DNA of 64,000 nt from Sedimentisphaerales bacterium (lineage in GTDB: Bacteria; Planctomycetota; Phycisphaerae; Sedimentisphaerales; SM23-30): assembly GCA_963663805.2 (NCBI GenBank), contig CAXXMR010000008.1, forward strand, positions 160,001-224,000, in the 5' to 3' direction. A program made the translations under genes and the position numbers. The notes under the pieces were generated by a model. It did no database searches and was not told the origin of the DNA. It saw only the letters and a list, made by a program, of their open reading frames with translations. This document shows, in pieces, positions 61,530 to 64,000 of this stretch; position 1 is the stretch's first letter; the number at the start of each line of letters is the position of its first letter.

Positions 61530-61599
61530 GGCAAAGCTCCCAAGTATTTTGGTGTCAATAGGTTACGCCCAAGTTTTTTAAAAAAAGAGGTTTCCCCCC

Positions 61600-62826
61600 T
61601 TATAATTTACTGATGCGGTCGAGGGCGGTTTTTACGTTTTCGGGATGAGCGAAAGCACTTAAACGAAGAAAGCCTTCGCCAGAAGCGCCAAAACCCGCGC
61701 CTGGGGTGCCGACGACATGGGCGTTATTGAGCAGTTTATCGAAGAATTCCCAGCTTCCCATATTGTTTTTGGTCTGGACCCAGACATAAGGGGCGTTGGT
61801 GCCGCCATAGATGGTATAGTCTAATTCGTTCATTCTTTGGCGTATAAGGGCGGCGTTGCCCATGTAGGTTTTGATAAGGCCCTGGACCTGCTGCTTGCCC
61901 TGGGGGGTGTAGACGGCGGCTGCGGCCTTCTGGACGGGGTATGATACGCCGTTGAACTTGGTGTTGTGGCGACGAGTCCAGATGGGGTTGACTTTTACGG
62001 GTTCGCCAGCGGCGGTGTATGCGTTTAAGTCCTTTGGTACCACAGTATAAGCACAGCGGGTACCAGTAAATCCGGCGGTCTTGGAGAAGCTGCGGAACTC
62101 GATGGCAACCTCGCGGGCACCGGGGATTTCAAAGATCGAATGAGGAATTTCGGGGTCGGTGATGAAGGCTTCGTAGGCGGCGTCGAAGAGGATGAGGGCT
62201 TTATTTTCGCGGGCGAAGTTTACCCACTGAGTTAAGGCTTCTTTGGTGGCGACGGCGCCGGTGGGGTTGTTGGGGTAGCAGAGGTAGATGATGTCGACTT
62301 TTTGGCTGGGCAGTTCGGGGGTAAAGTCGTTTTCGGGTATGCAGGGCATATATACGATACCGGCGTAACGGCCCTTATTGTCGCTGTTTCCGGTGCGTCC
62401 GGCCATGACGTTGGTGTCAACGTAAACTGGGTAAACCGGGTCGGTTACAGCAATTACGTTATCGATACCGAAGATTTCCTGGATGTTGCCGGTGTCGCAT
62501 TTGGAGCCGTCGGAGATGAAAATTTCGTTGGGTGCGAGTTCGATGCCTCGAGGGTTGAAGTCATTTTCGATGATAGCCTGGGCGAGAAAAGCGTAACCCC
62601 TTTCAGGGCCGTAACCTCTGAAGGTTTGGGGTTGGGCCATTTCGTCTACTCCCTCGTGGAAGGCCTGGATGATGGCGGGCGGCAGTGGTTCAGTAACGTC
62701 GCCTATACCTAGACTTATGACGTGGGCGCTGGGGTTGGTTTCCTTGAAGGCGTTGACTCGACGAGAGATTTCGGGGAAGAGATAGCCAGCTTTGAGCTTG
62801 AGGTAGTTCTCGTTGATATTAATCAT
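61600..62826 (-). CDS. dapL: LL-diaminopimelate aminotransferase
   Basis: [37 protein letters not shown]. Confidence 0.96.
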   Translation of the reverse strand: MININENYLKLKAGYLFPEISRRVNAFKETNPSAHVISLGIGDVTEPLPPAIIQAFHEGVDEMAQPQTFRGYGPERGYAFLAQAIIENDFNPRGIELAPNEIFISDGSKCDTGNIQEIFGIDNVIAVTDPVYPVYVDTNVMAGRTGNSDNKGRYAGIVYMPCIPENDFTPELPSQKVDIIYLCYPNNPTGAVATKEALTQWVNFARENKALILFDAAYEAFITDPEIPHSIFEIPGAREVAIEFRSFSKTAGFTGTRCAYTVVPKDLNAYTAAGEPVKVNPIWTRRHNTKFNGVSYPVQKAAAAVYTPQGKQQVQGLIKTYMGNAALIRQRMNELDYTIYGGTNAPYVWVQTKNNMGSWEFFDKLLNNAHVVGTPGAGFGASGEGFLRLSAFAHPENVKTALDRISKL

Positions 62827-62957
62827 GTTAGTCTCGCAAATTCAGATAGTTACGTATTGGGCAGGGCCACTTCGGCCCATAGTTTTCGGGGATAGGATAC
62901 CATTATGTGACAAGTTTGGCAAGGTATCTGCCCTGGGCAAGTCGCGAAAAAGTGGCT

Positions 62958-63005
62958 AAAAGTCGGCGCGTTTTGGCCTGAGACGACGGTTTTTTGACGG
63001 TTTTT
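62958..63005 (-). repeat. 48-bp dispersed intergenic repeat, copy 2
   Basis: Inverted relative to 56533-56580. Confidence 0.7.
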
Positions 63006-63210
63006 TTTGGATTTTTTTGGATTTTGGATGAATTTTTTCAAAAAATACCCAGTTTCTGGTGCTTTTTATGGACAGAATGGACGGAGTGGACAAACTGGAC
63101 TGGTGAGGGTTGGTAAGGTTTTTTGGTTGGCTAACGTGATTGGGTGGAGCTATATTTGTTGGGAGGTTTTTGATGGTGACCGCAGGGTATTTAACAAAAT
63201 AACAGGATGG

Positions 63211-64000
63211 ATGGTTTGTATAATATTTTTGGGGTTCGGTATCGTACTGTTGAATTTTTCCTGTGAACCCAAATGCGAAATATCGAAAAAGATGAGTCTG
63301 GACAATAATATAATTACAGAACAATATGGTATTGTCCGTATCAGCACGGGGCATTTGCGGGCCGAGCCAGGGAATTCGGCTGAGCTGATTGACCAGGCAA
63401 TCATGGGGAATACCTTGCGATTGTTAAAGGAGGATGACGGCTGGTATTTTGTGGAGACTGCTTACGGCTATAGGGGCTGGATGAAAGAATCTTCATTTGT
63501 CAGATGCGATGCCGAAGGGTTGAATGAATGGGAGCGGTCGGAAAAGGTCAGGGTTGTTTCAAATTATGCCGTGGTGTACTCCCGACCCCAAAATGATTCT
63601 TGTCCGGTTACTGATATGACCTTGAATGGGACGCTGAAGGTTCTGGAAGCTGAGGGGGCTTGGCTGAAGGTCGCGACTCCTGATTTGCGGGAAGGATATA
63701 TTGAAAGTGGTTTCGTTTCCGGGCGGGTCGATAGGGGGTTAGCTGGTGAGGCTTTACGACAATCTATTGTCGAAAGAGCGATGAGCATGATGGGAGTACC
63801 GTATTTGTGGGGTGGTAATTCGAGTAAAATGAGTGACTGTTCGGGTTTTGTCCATACGGTTTTCAGGGCCCAGGGGATAATGCTGCCGCGTGACGCGGGC
63901 CAACAAATCGCTGAGGGGGTTGAGGTTGGTTATTCAGCGGACTTTTCGGAATTGAAGGCAGCTGACTTATTGTTTTTCGGGCAGGTAGGGGGGAAATCAC
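63211..64000 (+). CDS. SH3 + NlpC/P60 peptidase, probable lipoprotein (runs off the window; start uncertain; not in ORF track)
   Basis: Translated by hand: LLNFSC, LRAEPGNSAELIDQAIMG...GYRGWM, GVPYLWGGNSSKMSDCSGFV...LPRDAGQQ. Confidence 0.88.
   Translation, partial: MVCIIFLGFGIVLLNFSCEPKCEISKKMSLDNNIITEQYGIVRISTGHLRAEPGNSAELIDQAIMGNTLRLLKEDDGWYFVETAYGYRGWMKESSFVRCDAEGLNEWERSEKVRVVSNYAVVYSRPQNDSCPVTDMTLNGTLKVLEAEGAWLKVATPDLREGYIESGFVSGRVDRGLAGEALRQSIVERAMSMMGVPYLWGGNSSKMSDCSGFVHTVFRAQGIMLPRDAGQQIAEGVEVGYSADFSELKAADLLFFGQVGGKS

Overview
Bacterial window whose gene content (DUF1559/H-X9-DG prepilin-like proteins, dockerin-like 'DFAxLAxxWL' tails, PEP-CTERM proteins, sulfatase and glycosidases) points to a Planctomycetota/Phycisphaerae-type genome (inference). 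The left ~31 kb is accessory. It holds secreted LamG, beta-helix, FG-GAP, RCC1 and GH9 proteins, a glycan-utilisation cluster, and an intact IS21-family element (34-bp IRs, 5-bp TSD) inserted into a 21-bp-period palindromic tandem array. It also holds a ~2.6-kb tandem duplication of a [promoter - ~700-nt leader - PEP-CTERM - RCC1] unit. The two leaders carry four copies of a ~125-nt structured RNA motif with extensive compensatory base changes that I cannot assign to a known family; this is the best candidate for an undescribed system. From 31-45 kb lies a housekeeping block (coaB/coaC, rpoZ, gmk, yicC, secG, tpiA, aroF, pheA, tatD, DAC, NSS transporter, HtrA) with several homopolymer frameshifts that are probably assembly errors. 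The right part has a LuxR/MCP/kinase islet, a PBP-dockerin + DUF1559 pair, AraC/UroD, rpsU, a Na+,H+-type membrane pyrophosphatase with a candidate Na+ riboswitch, pilT, dapL and a truncated NlpC/P60 gene. All calls are by eye; no database searches were run.
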